Shown here piece after piece: positions 1-9,102 of a stretch of 64,000 nt of DNA. The notes under the pieces were generated by a model. That model was not told the DNA's origin and made no database searches. It saw nothing but the letters and a program-made list of their open reading frames with translations. Each line of letters begins with the position of its first letter. Position 1 is the stretch's first letter. Location: assembly GCA_013377005.1 (NCBI GenBank), contig JACABE010000021.1, positions 4,294 to 68,293 on the forward strand, in the 5' to 3' direction. Source of the DNA: Bacteroidota bacterium (GTDB lineage: Bacteria; Bacteroidota; Bacteroidia; Bacteroidales; JACABE01). Both the position numbers and the translations under genes were made by a program.

Positions 1-1
1 A

Positions 2-1825
2 TTTAATAAGTCATATCAAGCAGATTTGCAAATTGGCAACTTTAGTTTTGAAGGCATTACTGGTGCAAAAATCAGTAATATCTCTCTCAAACCTAATAAT
101 GGTGATACATTGCTTTATGTAGAATCAGTTTATGCAAAAGTTAATTTTTGGAAATTACTTGTTTTCAAAATTAGTTTAACTGATTTTGAATTAAAAAAAG
201 CTAATATTTCTTTGGTTGCAAAAGATAGTATCAATAATTATAATTTTTTGCTTAAACGCAATAGCAATGAAAATAAATCAGAAGAAACAGCTGTTACGGA
301 AAATGATTATTCATCTGAAATCAGTCGTTTACTAAATGCAGTCTTTTATAAACTTCCTTCCAATATCAAGATTCAAAACCTGAATATTTGTTCAAATACT
401 AACGGGCATTTGATTACAATAGAACTTCCGGAATTAATTGTAGCAGAACATCAGTTTAAATCAATTATTTCATTGTGCGAACATGAAAAAATTAAACAAT
501 GGATGGCAGAAGGTAGGATAGAACCCTCTGAGAAGATTGTTAAATTTAAACTTTATTCTGCCGACACTTCCAAAGTGAAACTTCCTTTTTTGGAATATAA
601 ATGGAAATGTCAAATAAGTTTTGACACCATACAGTTCAGTTTTAATGGTAATTATTGGAAGAATGGGGAAACAATTATCAATGGCTTTTCCTCTGTAAAT
701 GGGCTACTTATCAATCATACACGCATTTCCACTTCGGATGTTTTTTTAAACAATGCTTCTATAAACTATCAATTAAATGTAGGTAAAGATTATTTTGAAT
801 TAGACAGTGCTTCTGTCGCAGTTTTTAATAAACTAATTTTGCACCCCTATTTATATTATCGTCCAATGCCAACACATCAATTTGCCTTACGTTTACATAA
901 AGAACGTTTTCCTTCTCAAGATTTGTTTGAATCTTTACCTAAAGGCTTATTTTTAAATTTAGAAGGCATGAAAACTACCGGTGAATTGGCATATAATTTA
1001 GATTTCTTTGTTGATATTGACAATCCTGATTCTATTATTTTTGAATCAGATTTGCAACGTTTTAATTTTAGAATATCTAAATACGGCAATACCAATCTTG
1101 ATAAGATGAACGAGGATTTTCTTTATACTGCTTATGAAAAAGGAGAAGCTGTGAGAAGTTTTATCATTGGTCCTGAAAATCCTAATTTTAGACGTATTGA
1201 TGAGATTTCTGATTTTCTTAAAAATTCTGTATTAATTTCTGAAGATTGTGCATTTTTCTGGCATCGCGGTTTTTTGCCTGAGTCATTTAAAGCTTCTATC
1301 ACTAAAAATATTAAAACAAAACGCTTTGCACGTGGTGGTAGTACAATAAGTATGCAATTGGTTAAAAATGTATTTCTTAATCGTAACAAAACTGTTGCCC
1401 GTAAATTGGAAGAAGCACTTATTGTATGGCTCATCGAAAACAATAGCTTAACTTCTAAAAATCGAATGTTTGAAGTTTATCTTAACATTATTGAATGGGG
1501 TCCGTTAGTATACGGTGCCAATGAAGCTGCTCATTTTTATTTTAACAAAGATGCTTCTAAACTTACGTTGGCTGAATCTTTGTTTCTGTCAAGCATGATC
1601 CCGCATCCAAAATGGTATAGATATTCGTTTGACGAAAGTGGGAAACTTAAACCTTTTTTAGCCGATTATTTTTCATTTGCAGCCAATCGAATGTTGAAAA
1701 AAGAAATGATTACACAAGAAGATTTCGACAAGCTTCTCCCGCAGATTGATGTAAAAGGTCCTGCCAAAGCACTGATATTGATAACAGATTCTTTACCTAT
1801 AAACTCTATTGAATATACCTTTTAA
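2..1825 (+). CDS. Peptidoglycan glycosyltransferase (GT51 transglycosylase) domain protein with a long N-terminal extension; 5' end probably cut by the window edge
   Basis: The C-terminal half carries GT51 motifs EDCAFFWHRGF, GGSTISMQLVKN and RKLEEALIVWLIE. The frame is open from position 2 up to the listed TTG at 26, so the true start is likely upstream of the window. Confidence 0.75.
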   Translation, partial: FNKSYQADLQIGNFSFEGITGAKISNISLKPNNGDTLLYVESVYAKVNFWKLLVFKISLTDFELKKANISLVAKDSINNYNFLLKRNSNENKSEETAVTENDYSSEISRLLNAVFYKLPSNIKIQNLNICSNTNGHLITIELPELIVAEHQFKSIISLCEHEKIKQWMAEGRIEPSEKIVKFKLYSADTSKVKLPFLEYKWKCQISFDTIQFSFNGNYWKNGETIINGFSSVNGLLINHTRISTSDVFLNNASINYQLNVGKDYFELDSASVAVFNKLILHPYLYYRPMPTHQFALRLHKERFPSQDLFESLPKGLFLNLEGMKTTGELAYNLDFFVDIDNPDSIIFESDLQRFNFRISKYGNTNLDKMNEDFLYTAYEKGEAVRSFIIGPENPNFRRIDEISDFLKNSVLISEDCAFFWHRGFLPESFKASITKNIKTKRFARGGSTISMQLVKNVFLNRNKTVARKLEEALIVWLIENNSLTSKNRMFEVYLNIIEWGPLVYGANEAAHFYFNKDASKLTLAESLFLSSMIPHPKWYRYSFDESGKLKPFLADYFSFAANRMLKKEMITQEDFDKLLPQIDVKGPAKALILITDSLPINSIEYTF

Positions 1826-1990
1826 TAAATATTTCTAATTTATATATAAATTCTAATAAATAAAATTAAATTGCAAAACTTTAAATTAATGTTATTTATA
1901 ATGAACACAACTAACTGTTTCAAGGCTAAATAAATATTAATTTCAAAAAAATTGAAATATTATTTTTTCATTTAAAAAAATAATTCAGTT

Positions 1991-3829
1991 CTACTCTACA
2001 GTAACTGATTTTGCTAAATTTCTGGGTTGATCAACATTACAACCTCTATTTATTGCAATATGATAAGCCAATAATTGCAATGGTATTGTTGCTAAAATTG
2101 GAACTAACATTTCTTTTACTTCAGGAATTTCAATATAGTAATCAGAAAGGTCTTTAACTGTCACATCACCTTGTGTTACAATAGAAATTATTTTACCTTT
2201 TCGTGCTTTTACTTCTTGAATATTGCTAATTACTTTTTCGTAAGTTCCTTGATTTGTTGCAATCACAACAACAGGCATTTCTGCATCTATTAAAGCTATA
2301 GGACCGTGTTTCATTTCGGCTGCAGGATAGCCTTCTGCATGAATATAGGATATTTCTTTCAGTTTTAATGCTCCTTCTAATGCAACTGGGAAATTATAGC
2401 CACGACCTAAATAGAGGAAATTACGAGCATAAGTGAATATTTTCGCAATTTCTTTAATATTATGATCTTGTTTCAAAACTTCCGCCACTTTCTGAGGAAT
2501 TGATTCTAACTCATCAACAATTTCTTTAAACAGTACATTGTCAACAGTTCCTTTTTCTTGAGCTATAGCTAATGCCATTAGTGTAAGTACTGCAACCTGA
2601 GCCGTAAACGCTTTGGTTGATGCAACTCCAATTTCAGGGCCTGCATGCGTGAAAGATCCTGTATGTGCTGCTCTTGCAATCGAAGAACCTACAACATTAC
2701 ATATTCCATAAATAAAAGCACCTTGTGATTTAGCCAAATCAATAGCAGCTAAAGTATCTGCTGTTTCTCCTGATTGCGATATTGCAATTATAATATCATC
2801 TTTGTATATAAGTGGTTTGCGATAGCGAAATTCTGAAGAATATTCAACTTCAACAGGTATTTTTGCTAACTCTTCAAATAAATACTCAGCTACTAAACCT
2901 GCGTGCCATGAAGTGCCACATGCAAGAATAATAATTCTTCTTGCGTTTATAAACTTATCTTTATGATCAATAATACCAGCTAACGATATATGGCTGATTT
3001 CTTTGTGAATACGTCCACGACAACTATCGAATATAGTTTTGGGTTGTTCGTAAATTTCTTTTAACATGAAATGATTGTAGCCTTCTTTTTCAAGTTCACT
3101 TAAATTCATTTCAAGTTTGTGAATCATCGGTGTCTTTTCAACATTCTTGATGGTTTTTACCTGTAGTTTTTCTCCTCGTCTGAGAATAGCAATTTCTTCA
3201 TCATCAAGATATACCACATTTTTGGTATATTCAATAATAGGTGTTGCATCAGAAGCCAGAAAAAAATCATCTTCTCCTATTCCAATTACCAATGGACTAC
3301 CTTTACGGGCAGCAATTAATGTATTTGGATCATCTTTTGAAATAACTACAATTGCATAAGCTCCAATTACTTGGTTTAAAGCTAATTGAACGGCATCAAA
3401 GACAGAAACTTTATTGGTTTCTTTAATATATTCAATCAATTGAATTAAAACTTCTGTATCAGTATTACTTGAAAATGTATAACCATGTTTGATAAGTTCT
3501 TCTTTTAAAATTGCATAGTTTTCAATAATTCCATTATGTATTAAAGCTAAATTTTCTGACTGTGAATAATGTGGATGTGCATTCACATTATTGGGTTCAC
3601 CATGTGTGGCCCAACGTGTATGGGCAATACCAATAGTTCCTGAAAGATCTTTGTCTTTTACAAAATTTTCTAAATCGGCAACTTTTCCTTTGGTTTTATA
3701 AACGTGTAATTTGCTGTTTAGGATTGCTATTCCTGCACTGTCGTAACCTCTATATTCCAGACGGTGCAGTCCTTTTATTAATATTGGATAAGCCTCTCTT
3801 GGACCTATATAACCTACTATTCCGCACAT
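1991..3829 (-). CDS. glmS: Glutamine--fructose-6-phosphate aminotransferase (isomerising)
   Basis: 612 aa. It starts MCGIVGY (N-terminal nucleophile Cys), has two SIS domains (GTSWHAG, SQSGETADT) and the C-terminal LAKSVTVE typical of GlmS. Confidence 0.97.
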   Translation of the reverse strand: MCGIVGYIGPREAYPILIKGLHRLEYRGYDSAGIAILNSKLHVYKTKGKVADLENFVKDKDLSGTIGIAHTRWATHGEPNNVNAHPHYSQSENLALIHNGIIENYAILKEELIKHGYTFSSNTDTEVLIQLIEYIKETNKVSVFDAVQLALNQVIGAYAIVVISKDDPNTLIAARKGSPLVIGIGEDDFFLASDATPIIEYTKNVVYLDDEEIAILRRGEKLQVKTIKNVEKTPMIHKLEMNLSELEKEGYNHFMLKEIYEQPKTIFDSCRGRIHKEISHISLAGIIDHKDKFINARRIIILACGTSWHAGLVAEYLFEELAKIPVEVEYSSEFRYRKPLIYKDDIIIAISQSGETADTLAAIDLAKSQGAFIYGICNVVGSSIARAAHTGSFTHAGPEIGVASTKAFTAQVAVLTLMALAIAQEKGTVDNVLFKEIVDELESIPQKVAEVLKQDHNIKEIAKIFTYARNFLYLGRGYNFPVALEGALKLKEISYIHAEGYPAAEMKHGPIALIDAEMPVVVIATNQGTYEKVISNIQEVKARKGKIISIVTQGDVTVKDLSDYYIEIPEVKEMLVPILATIPLQLLAYHIAINRGCNVDQPRNLAKSVTVE

Positions 3830-3831
3830 AA

Positions 3832-5205
3832 CTATTTAATTATTGTGTATTTTAATTCAAGTTTTATTCTACCTATTAAGCTTTTGTCAGTACCTTTAAA
3901 TACAAATCTATTAGCTGTAGTTCTCCTGCTATCTATCAGCATTACTAATCCATAATCAGGAGTGGTTGTGTTTAACATATCCTGGAAGTACCTGGTAATA
4001 CGCATTCTATATTCTTTTGTTGTGGAATTATAGATTCCATCAAAAAAAGAGGATCCTTCAAAAATATCTGGTAAAAAAGCAGTTTTCCCATCAGCAAGTT
4101 TTTTCAAGATAGTGAGTAAAGATGGGGGGGTATTTTTATCATCGACGTCATCATTCTTAATAACCAATACTGCCTCGTTAATAATAATTTTCTGATTTTT
4201 AATCAGATCTCTAAGATAAGGAAATTCGAAGTTGACTTTTACTCCACCCATGGACTGTAAATATAGTTTTTTCTGCCCTAAAGTAATATCTTTCGTATAA
4301 CCAAATGCTCCAATTTGTTTTTTGAGTGTGTCTTTAGCAGCAAGTGTTCCATCAGATCCAATGTAGCCATAATGATTAAAATTTGTATATTTTGCACATT
4401 TATCATTGATAACAAAATTAAATTTGGAGCTAACAGTATCAGTTGAAGTTTTTTTATAATATAAAGTCATATTTGCTAGTGAAGATAGCAGATTAAAATA
4501 TAATATAGAACCTTTGTTTTCCTGAGAAGTGTTTAATGGCTGTGCTTGTAAAAATAATCCCTTAAAAAAAGTTGTAAAATTATCATTGTCTGACAAATCT
4601 GTTGAATTAGCAGTCAATAAAGCGTTTCCTAATGTATTACTTAATTTTATCTGTAATAATGGAGGATATTTAACACCATTAATTGTAACACTATCTTTTG
4701 GATTGGGTGTGAAAGTAAAATTAGCCAAAATATTGCTAGTATTAAGTATACGATCTGAATAATAAACGCTATCGATATACATTTTTTGACTAACTTCAAA
4801 CACTTTAACCTGTAATGGAGTTGGTTTTGAAGATTTATTATCAGTAGAATAACTTCCTGAATAAGGTAAATACAATACCAAAGAATCTAAAGTAGCACTA
4901 CTCCCAAAACTTGGGTTAAGTGTAGAAAGGCGTAATTGTGTAAAAATACTTGCAGAGGTTGTTCCAAAAACAGGATCATTAAAGGTTCCAAGTAAATTGG
5001 CTGAGTAATTATCTGTTCTCAAAGAATCATCAATAGCCGAATATGCAACAATAGTAGTGGTATCAGAAAATCCTAATCCTAATTTTTCATTTTGTAATTG
5101 CGAAAGTCCGATTAAATCCGGTTCTTCTTCACAGGAAGCGAGAATAATCATGGAACATAGAAAGAAAAGCTGTAATTTTTTTAAGCCAAAAAGTTGTGTT
5201 TTCAT
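3832..5205 (-). CDS. Lipoprotein, DUF4270-like (the Bacteroidota protein usually found between glycogen synthase and glmS)
   Basis: Signal peptide plus lipobox (ILASC). Size and position between the glgA-like gene and glmS match the conserved Bacteroidota arrangement. No catalytic motif recognised. Confidence 0.45.
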   Translation of the reverse strand: MKTQLFGLKKLQLFFLCSMIILASCEEEPDLIGLSQLQNEKLGLGFSDTTTIVAYSAIDDSLRTDNYSANLLGTFNDPVFGTTSASIFTQLRLSTLNPSFGSSATLDSLVLYLPYSGSYSTDNKSSKPTPLQVKVFEVSQKMYIDSVYYSDRILNTSNILANFTFTPNPKDSVTINGVKYPPLLQIKLSNTLGNALLTANSTDLSDNDNFTTFFKGLFLQAQPLNTSQENKGSILYFNLLSSLANMTLYYKKTSTDTVSSKFNFVINDKCAKYTNFNHYGYIGSDGTLAAKDTLKKQIGAFGYTKDITLGQKKLYLQSMGGVKVNFEFPYLRDLIKNQKIIINEAVLVIKNDDVDDKNTPPSLLTILKKLADGKTAFLPDIFEGSSFFDGIYNSTTKEYRMRITRYFQDMLNTTTPDYGLVMLIDSRRTTANRFVFKGTDKSLIGRIKLELKYTIIK

Positions 5206-5237
5206 TTATTCAATTAAAAATTAATAACATTTTGTAA

Positions 5238-6062
5238 TTAAGATACAACTGGTTCTGTGATGAGTAATTCATCATAAAATTTCGCATAAGCAGCAACATA
5301 CTTTTCTTTAGTTTGGTAAGAAAGTAATGGTTTCCCACTATTTTGGGCGTATATTAATAAGTCTTTATTAATTATCTCACTACCAATAATGATGCCATCA
5401 CAAAAATCAATTGCAGCTTTCATTACATTAACGTAGGTAGGTGTTTTATATTGTTTAGTTTCTTTTGAAGTAATACCAGGTAATTTAATTTTGGCAGCAA
5501 AATCTTTGCTCATCGTTTCTTTAAAATCATCATCATATAAAGAAATAACAATTTTTGTATCAGTAAATAAAGGGTTATCCTTGAATGCCTTTTTAATATA
5601 AAGTGGAATTAAGCTTGTCATCCAACCATGACAATGAATTACTTCCGGCGACCAACTTAATTTCTTTACAGTTTCTATAACACCTCTTGAAAAGAAGATA
5701 ACTCGCTCATCATTATCTGAATAAAAGACATTGTTTTTGTCTGAGAAAACAGCTTTACGTTGAAAATAATCTTCATTATCAATAAAATAAATCTGCATAC
5801 GAGCCGATTGAATCGAAGCTACTTTTATGATTAATGGATGATCTTGGTCGTTGATGATCAGATTCATACCTGAAAGACGAATTACTTCATGTAATTGATT
5901 TCTTCTTTCGTTAATATTTCCAAATCGAGGCATGAAAGTTCTAATTTCTTTACCTGTTTCCTGAATTCCTTGAGGTAGATAGCGACCAATATTTGCCATG
6001 TGACTTTCTTTTAAATACGGCGTAATCTCTTGGGTAACAAATAATATCCTGCCTTTACTCAT
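5238..6062 (-). CDS. Short glycogen/starch synthase-like protein (GT5 N-terminal catalytic domain only)
   Basis: The N-terminus ILFVTQEITPY...GRYLPQ...G.E.R.FMPRFG and HCHGWMTSLIPLY resemble the starch synthase catalytic domain. At 274 aa it is about half of a full GlgA. Confidence 0.6.
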   Translation of the reverse strand: MSKGRILFVTQEITPYLKESHMANIGRYLPQGIQETGKEIRTFMPRFGNINERRNQLHEVIRLSGMNLIINDQDHPLIIKVASIQSARMQIYFIDNEDYFQRKAVFSDKNNVFYSDNDERVIFFSRGVIETVKKLSWSPEVIHCHGWMTSLIPLYIKKAFKDNPLFTDTKIVISLYDDDFKETMSKDFAAKIKLPGITSKETKQYKTPTYVNVMKAAIDFCDGIIIGSEIINKDLLIYAQNSGKPLLSYQTKEKYVAAYAKFYDELLITEPVVS

Positions 6063-6098
6063 CTTTTTCTAAAATTAAATTGGAATATATAATTTTTT

Positions 6099-6130
6099 TG
6101 CAAAATTAGTTAAAAATTAGAACTTAATCA
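6099..6130 (-). promoter_or_regulatory. Candidate Bacteroidota sigma-A type promoter for the glycogen-synthase-like gene
   Basis: The minus strand reads TTG (6130-6128), a 21-nt spacer, then TAATTTTG (6106-6099), matching TAnnTTTG. The motif ends 36 nt upstream of the ATG at 6062. Confidence 0.4.
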
Positions 6131-6189
6131 ATTTAAATTTTCTTTTATCTGATTATGAATTTTTTATTGCATTTTATAAAAAATAATTG

Positions 6190-7596
6190 TTATTCAACAG
6201 GAGGCAATGATTCAATACTTGTATAAGTATAAAAAATAGTTTTCCCTTTTATAATATTAAATTTTAGTGTTTCTTTTTTCGGTGTTGAGGGGTTATGAGA
6301 ATATGCCGAAAAATCAATCACGTTTTCTCCAGCTGGTAACGTTATTCTCGTGTAAGAAATTGAGTAAGGAAGGGTTTGCCAGTTGCGTGTATCTGTTTTT
6401 TCAGTTAATGCATTCACAATACTAATTGCTGAGCCCAGATTTTCGTTTTCTTTGCGAGCAGCAGCTTCCAATGCTTTTTTAGTAGCTAATCTTAAAATGG
6501 CATTTCCCATTTCTCGAAGCATTCTATCATTAAGTGTTTTAAATGCAATTCCATTAATATCTTGGGCAAATTGTAAAGAATATGTTTTACCGTTTGCTGT
6601 AATATCGGCATTTGTAAAAATTGGTTTTCGCTCTAAATATTTGGGGAATGCAATTCTTAAAAAACTAAGTTTTGAAAATCCTGATTTTTCATTGTCTGAC
6701 TTATCACCAATGTATATCGGGAACGACATACCATATTGTTCATTGGCAAAAGTTACAAATCCATTATTGCTACTGGTTTTGGTGAAATTAATGCTCCATT
6801 CCGATTTTACAGGGCCAAAACCATTGTGCCAAAAGAAAACCAATTCGCCACCATCATTTGGTTTGGTCTCATATTTAAGGTTAAATTTTTGTTCGTAAAA
6901 TCTAAGTTCTTCATTAAAACCTGTTCGATAGGCGGCACGCATTAAATCCCATTTCAATTGCTCCGGAACTTGAATATTGAAATTTGTTTTGTAAGAATTT
7001 TCGTAAACATTCAATGCATTGCGATAAGCAACAAAAGCATCATTATACTCGTGATTGGCATCATAAATCAAGCCCATTACAATATGAGCAAAAGCATCAT
7101 CCTGATAACGATTTTTATGATCCGGATATTTGTCGTTCAATTGATTTAGTTTCTCATTTACTCGCCTAACCTCAACCAACGCATCACTATATTTTCCTAT
7201 ATTTAAGTAATTTAGTGCTTTAAAATAATTTACCAATACTACTTCAAAATCTTCGGGTTTATATGGCTTTACATTTGGATTCGTAATTAATGCTAATGCT
7301 TCGAGACCATAATTTTTTTGCTGGTCTTCTATCATTTTATCAGCTTCTTCTAATGCAGTATTACTTTCTGTATTTTCGTTCATCATCCAGTTGAGCCATC
7401 CTTTGTTGAATAAATACAAAATCCTGTTTTTCCCGGTTTTCCCTTTGTCGCTTTCGAGTAATTCTTTGGCTTTTGGTAATTCCCCATTAGCAACTGATGT
7501 TTGAAATTTTATATTTTGCTGGTAATAGGTTGCACATGAAGTTAATATCAGCAAAGGCAGTAAAACTAAAAGAGAAAAAAAGTATTGTTTACGCAT
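6190..7596 (-). CDS. TPR-containing lipoprotein (COG3014-like)
   Basis: Lipobox LLILTSC. The N-terminal half has TPR-like helical repeats (YFKALNYLNIGKYSDALVEVRR, GLIYDANHEYNDAFVAYRNAL). It sits next to an LpoB-like gene, as COG3014 proteins do elsewhere. Confidence 0.4.
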   Translation of the reverse strand: MRKQYFFSLLVLLPLLILTSCATYYQQNIKFQTSVANGELPKAKELLESDKGKTGKNRILYLFNKGWLNWMMNENTESNTALEEADKMIEDQQKNYGLEALALITNPNVKPYKPEDFEVVLVNYFKALNYLNIGKYSDALVEVRRVNEKLNQLNDKYPDHKNRYQDDAFAHIVMGLIYDANHEYNDAFVAYRNALNVYENSYKTNFNIQVPEQLKWDLMRAAYRTGFNEELRFYEQKFNLKYETKPNDGGELVFFWHNGFGPVKSEWSINFTKTSSNNGFVTFANEQYGMSFPIYIGDKSDNEKSGFSKLSFLRIAFPKYLERKPIFTNADITANGKTYSLQFAQDINGIAFKTLNDRMLREMGNAILRLATKKALEAAARKENENLGSAISIVNALTEKTDTRNWQTLPYSISYTRITLPAGENVIDFSAYSHNPSTPKKETLKFNIIKGKTIFYTYTSIESLPPVE

Positions 7597-7650
7597 ACCA
7601 ATTGAGTATAAAGTTATTAAGCAAAAATGTAGTTTTAAGTATAACGCATT

Positions 7651-7679
7651 AAAAAAAGGAGTAAAAAACTTTTTACTCC
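7651..7679 (-). terminator. Intrinsic terminator after the LpoB-like gene
   Basis: The minus strand reads GGAGTAAAA-AGTT-TTTTACTCC followed by T7. The 9-bp stem is at 7658-7666/7671-7679. Confidence 0.7.
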
Positions 7680-7704
7680 GTTTATTAATATGATTTACAA
7701 AAAT

Positions 7705-8295
7705 CTAATCAGAAATTATTTTTTTAATTTCTTTATCACCAATCCAAACAATTTCGTTGGTTTCAATATTGGTAAGCTCGAGGTTTATTTTATAGTTCAC
7801 AACTTTATCTTTGTTAAATGAATCAACGGTAGAATTGATACTTCCTTGTAAAATAAAATCAGCGCCTAATTCTTTACCCCACTTTTTGGTAGTTTCGGCT
7901 GAGGCATAATCTTGTTGATCGGCTCTTTCGCCTCGTAATTGATCTCTTTTATCACCAGCTTGAACCAGTCTTACCTTACCATTTGTAAGGAAAGCTCTTT
8001 CAACATCTTTAATGAAAGTTTCGGAGCTAATATGTTCGCTGGTTTTGTTATTTACCAAACCTACTATAACAATTGGGCGTTTGCCTTCAAATTGTTTTTG
8101 GTATTCTGACAACCAAGCTTCGCTTAACACTTGAGCTATCATGGCTTCGGCGGTCATTTTTGCATCAGTATCGTTCCAACGTCCGCTCAAATCAAATTGT
8201 TGATTGGGTGCTACTCGCTTAACTTCTCTGGTAGGAGAACATGCACTGATAGCTATTACAAAAATCACAACAGATAGTTTGAAAATCTTTTTCAT
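7705..8295 (-). CDS. LpoB-like (COG3417) lipoprotein
   Basis: Lipobox AISAC. The pattern IVIVGLVNNKTSEHI...L.NGKVRLV...LGADFILQGSI...Y.INLELTNIETNEIVW aligns by eye with the LpoB fold region (VDSVNNRT...NGKFTLVS...GAHYVLY...LMLVQTGEIIW). Confidence 0.6.
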   Translation of the reverse strand: MKKIFKLSVVIFVIAISACSPTREVKRVAPNQQFDLSGRWNDTDAKMTAEAMIAQVLSEAWLSEYQKQFEGKRPIVIVGLVNNKTSEHISSETFIKDVERAFLTNGKVRLVQAGDKRDQLRGERADQQDYASAETTKKWGKELGADFILQGSINSTVDSFNKDKVVNYKINLELTNIETNEIVWIGDKEIKKIISD

Positions 8296-8355
8296 ATTTT
8301 TTAAATTTTGGATTACATTAACATTCGTTTTATCAAATCTTATGCCAAAGATAAT

Positions 8356-8379
8356 AAAAAAAGGGAATGATTCATCCCC
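8356..8379 (-). terminator. Intrinsic terminator after the small LPP20-like gene
   Basis: The minus strand reads GGGGATG-AAT-CATTCCC (one mismatch) followed by T7, which is the complement of the A-run at 8356-8362. Confidence 0.5.
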
Positions 8380-8401
8380 TTTTGTGTTTTTTGAAATAGG
8401 A

Positions 8402-8992
8402 TTATTTATTTTCCATTTTCTTCATTTCTTCATCAAAAGTTTTTTTGAACTTTTCGTAATCGTAATCAATTTTTAATTCTTTATCGGCAGATAATTTATT
8501 ACCAACACCTTTTACGATGTCTTCTGCTGTAATCTCCACACATATATATGTTTTAAAATTGCCATCGGCAGTTTTTGTTTGCTTTTCGCAAATAACTCTT
8601 ACGCCATTCAATTGTTGGTTGATAACTTCGCGGGTATTACCTTCAAATCTTTCTTCCAAAGCCTCTACATTATTTGCCTCTGAAGATTTAATATAATTAT
8701 CGGTAACGCCTTTCATGATAGTTTGAATTAAGCCTGCTAATTCACCTTTTACATTGCTCATAGCTTTCTTCTTTGAAACCATTTGATCCATACTTTCGCC
8801 AACAGCACTGGCTCTAAAATACTCTTTAGTGCTCATAAATTCTTTTTCTCCTGCACAATAGTTGTTAATTAAAACTTCCCCTTTGGGTTCTGGTTTTGGA
8901 GCAGGTGTTACTACTTTTTCTTTCGATTTACATCCTACTGCTAATGTTGCAATAAGCATTATTGCTGATAAAAAATAACTTAGCTTTCTCAT
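8402..8992 (-). CDS. LPP20-like lipoprotein
   Basis: Lipobox LAVGC. The segment YFRASAVGESMDQMVSKKKAMSNVKGELAGLIQTIMKGV resembles the LPP20 lipoprotein fold signature. Confidence 0.4.
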   Translation of the reverse strand: MRKLSYFLSAIMLIATLAVGCKSKEKVVTPAPKPEPKGEVLINNYCAGEKEFMSTKEYFRASAVGESMDQMVSKKKAMSNVKGELAGLIQTIMKGVTDNYIKSSEANNVEALEERFEGNTREVINQQLNGVRVICEKQTKTADGNFKTYICVEITAEDIVKGVGNKLSADKELKIDYDYEKFKKTFDEEMKKMENK

Positions 8993-9102
8993 GTGTTTTG
9001 TTTTTAAGATTAATATTTGTTTTTTGTATTCTTGTTGACAAAATTTGTGCCAATTTTGTTTTGTTTATAAAGTTATAATGTGTAAAAATACTCAAATTTT
9101 AG

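Noticed and set aside
1940-1958. ATTTCAA-AAAAA-TTGAAAT hairpin between the transglycosylase and glmS genes
   Set aside because: The 7-bp stem is almost entirely A/T (a single G-C pair) and too weak to call a terminator with confidence.
1991-3832. glmS ribozyme or leader upstream of glmS
   Set aside because: The glmS start (3829) is only 2 nt from the stop of the upstream lipoprotein gene (3832), which leaves no room for a leader.
6383-6898. 171-aa plus-strand ORF, along with similar antisense ORFs such as 1132-1443, 22525-22863, 24983-25324, 38133-38369 and 62392-62721
   Set aside because: Each lies entirely inside, and antisense or out of frame to, a well-supported gene. Their translations are low-complexity Leu/Ile/Ser/Phe-rich strings typical of shadow ORFs in AT-rich DNA.
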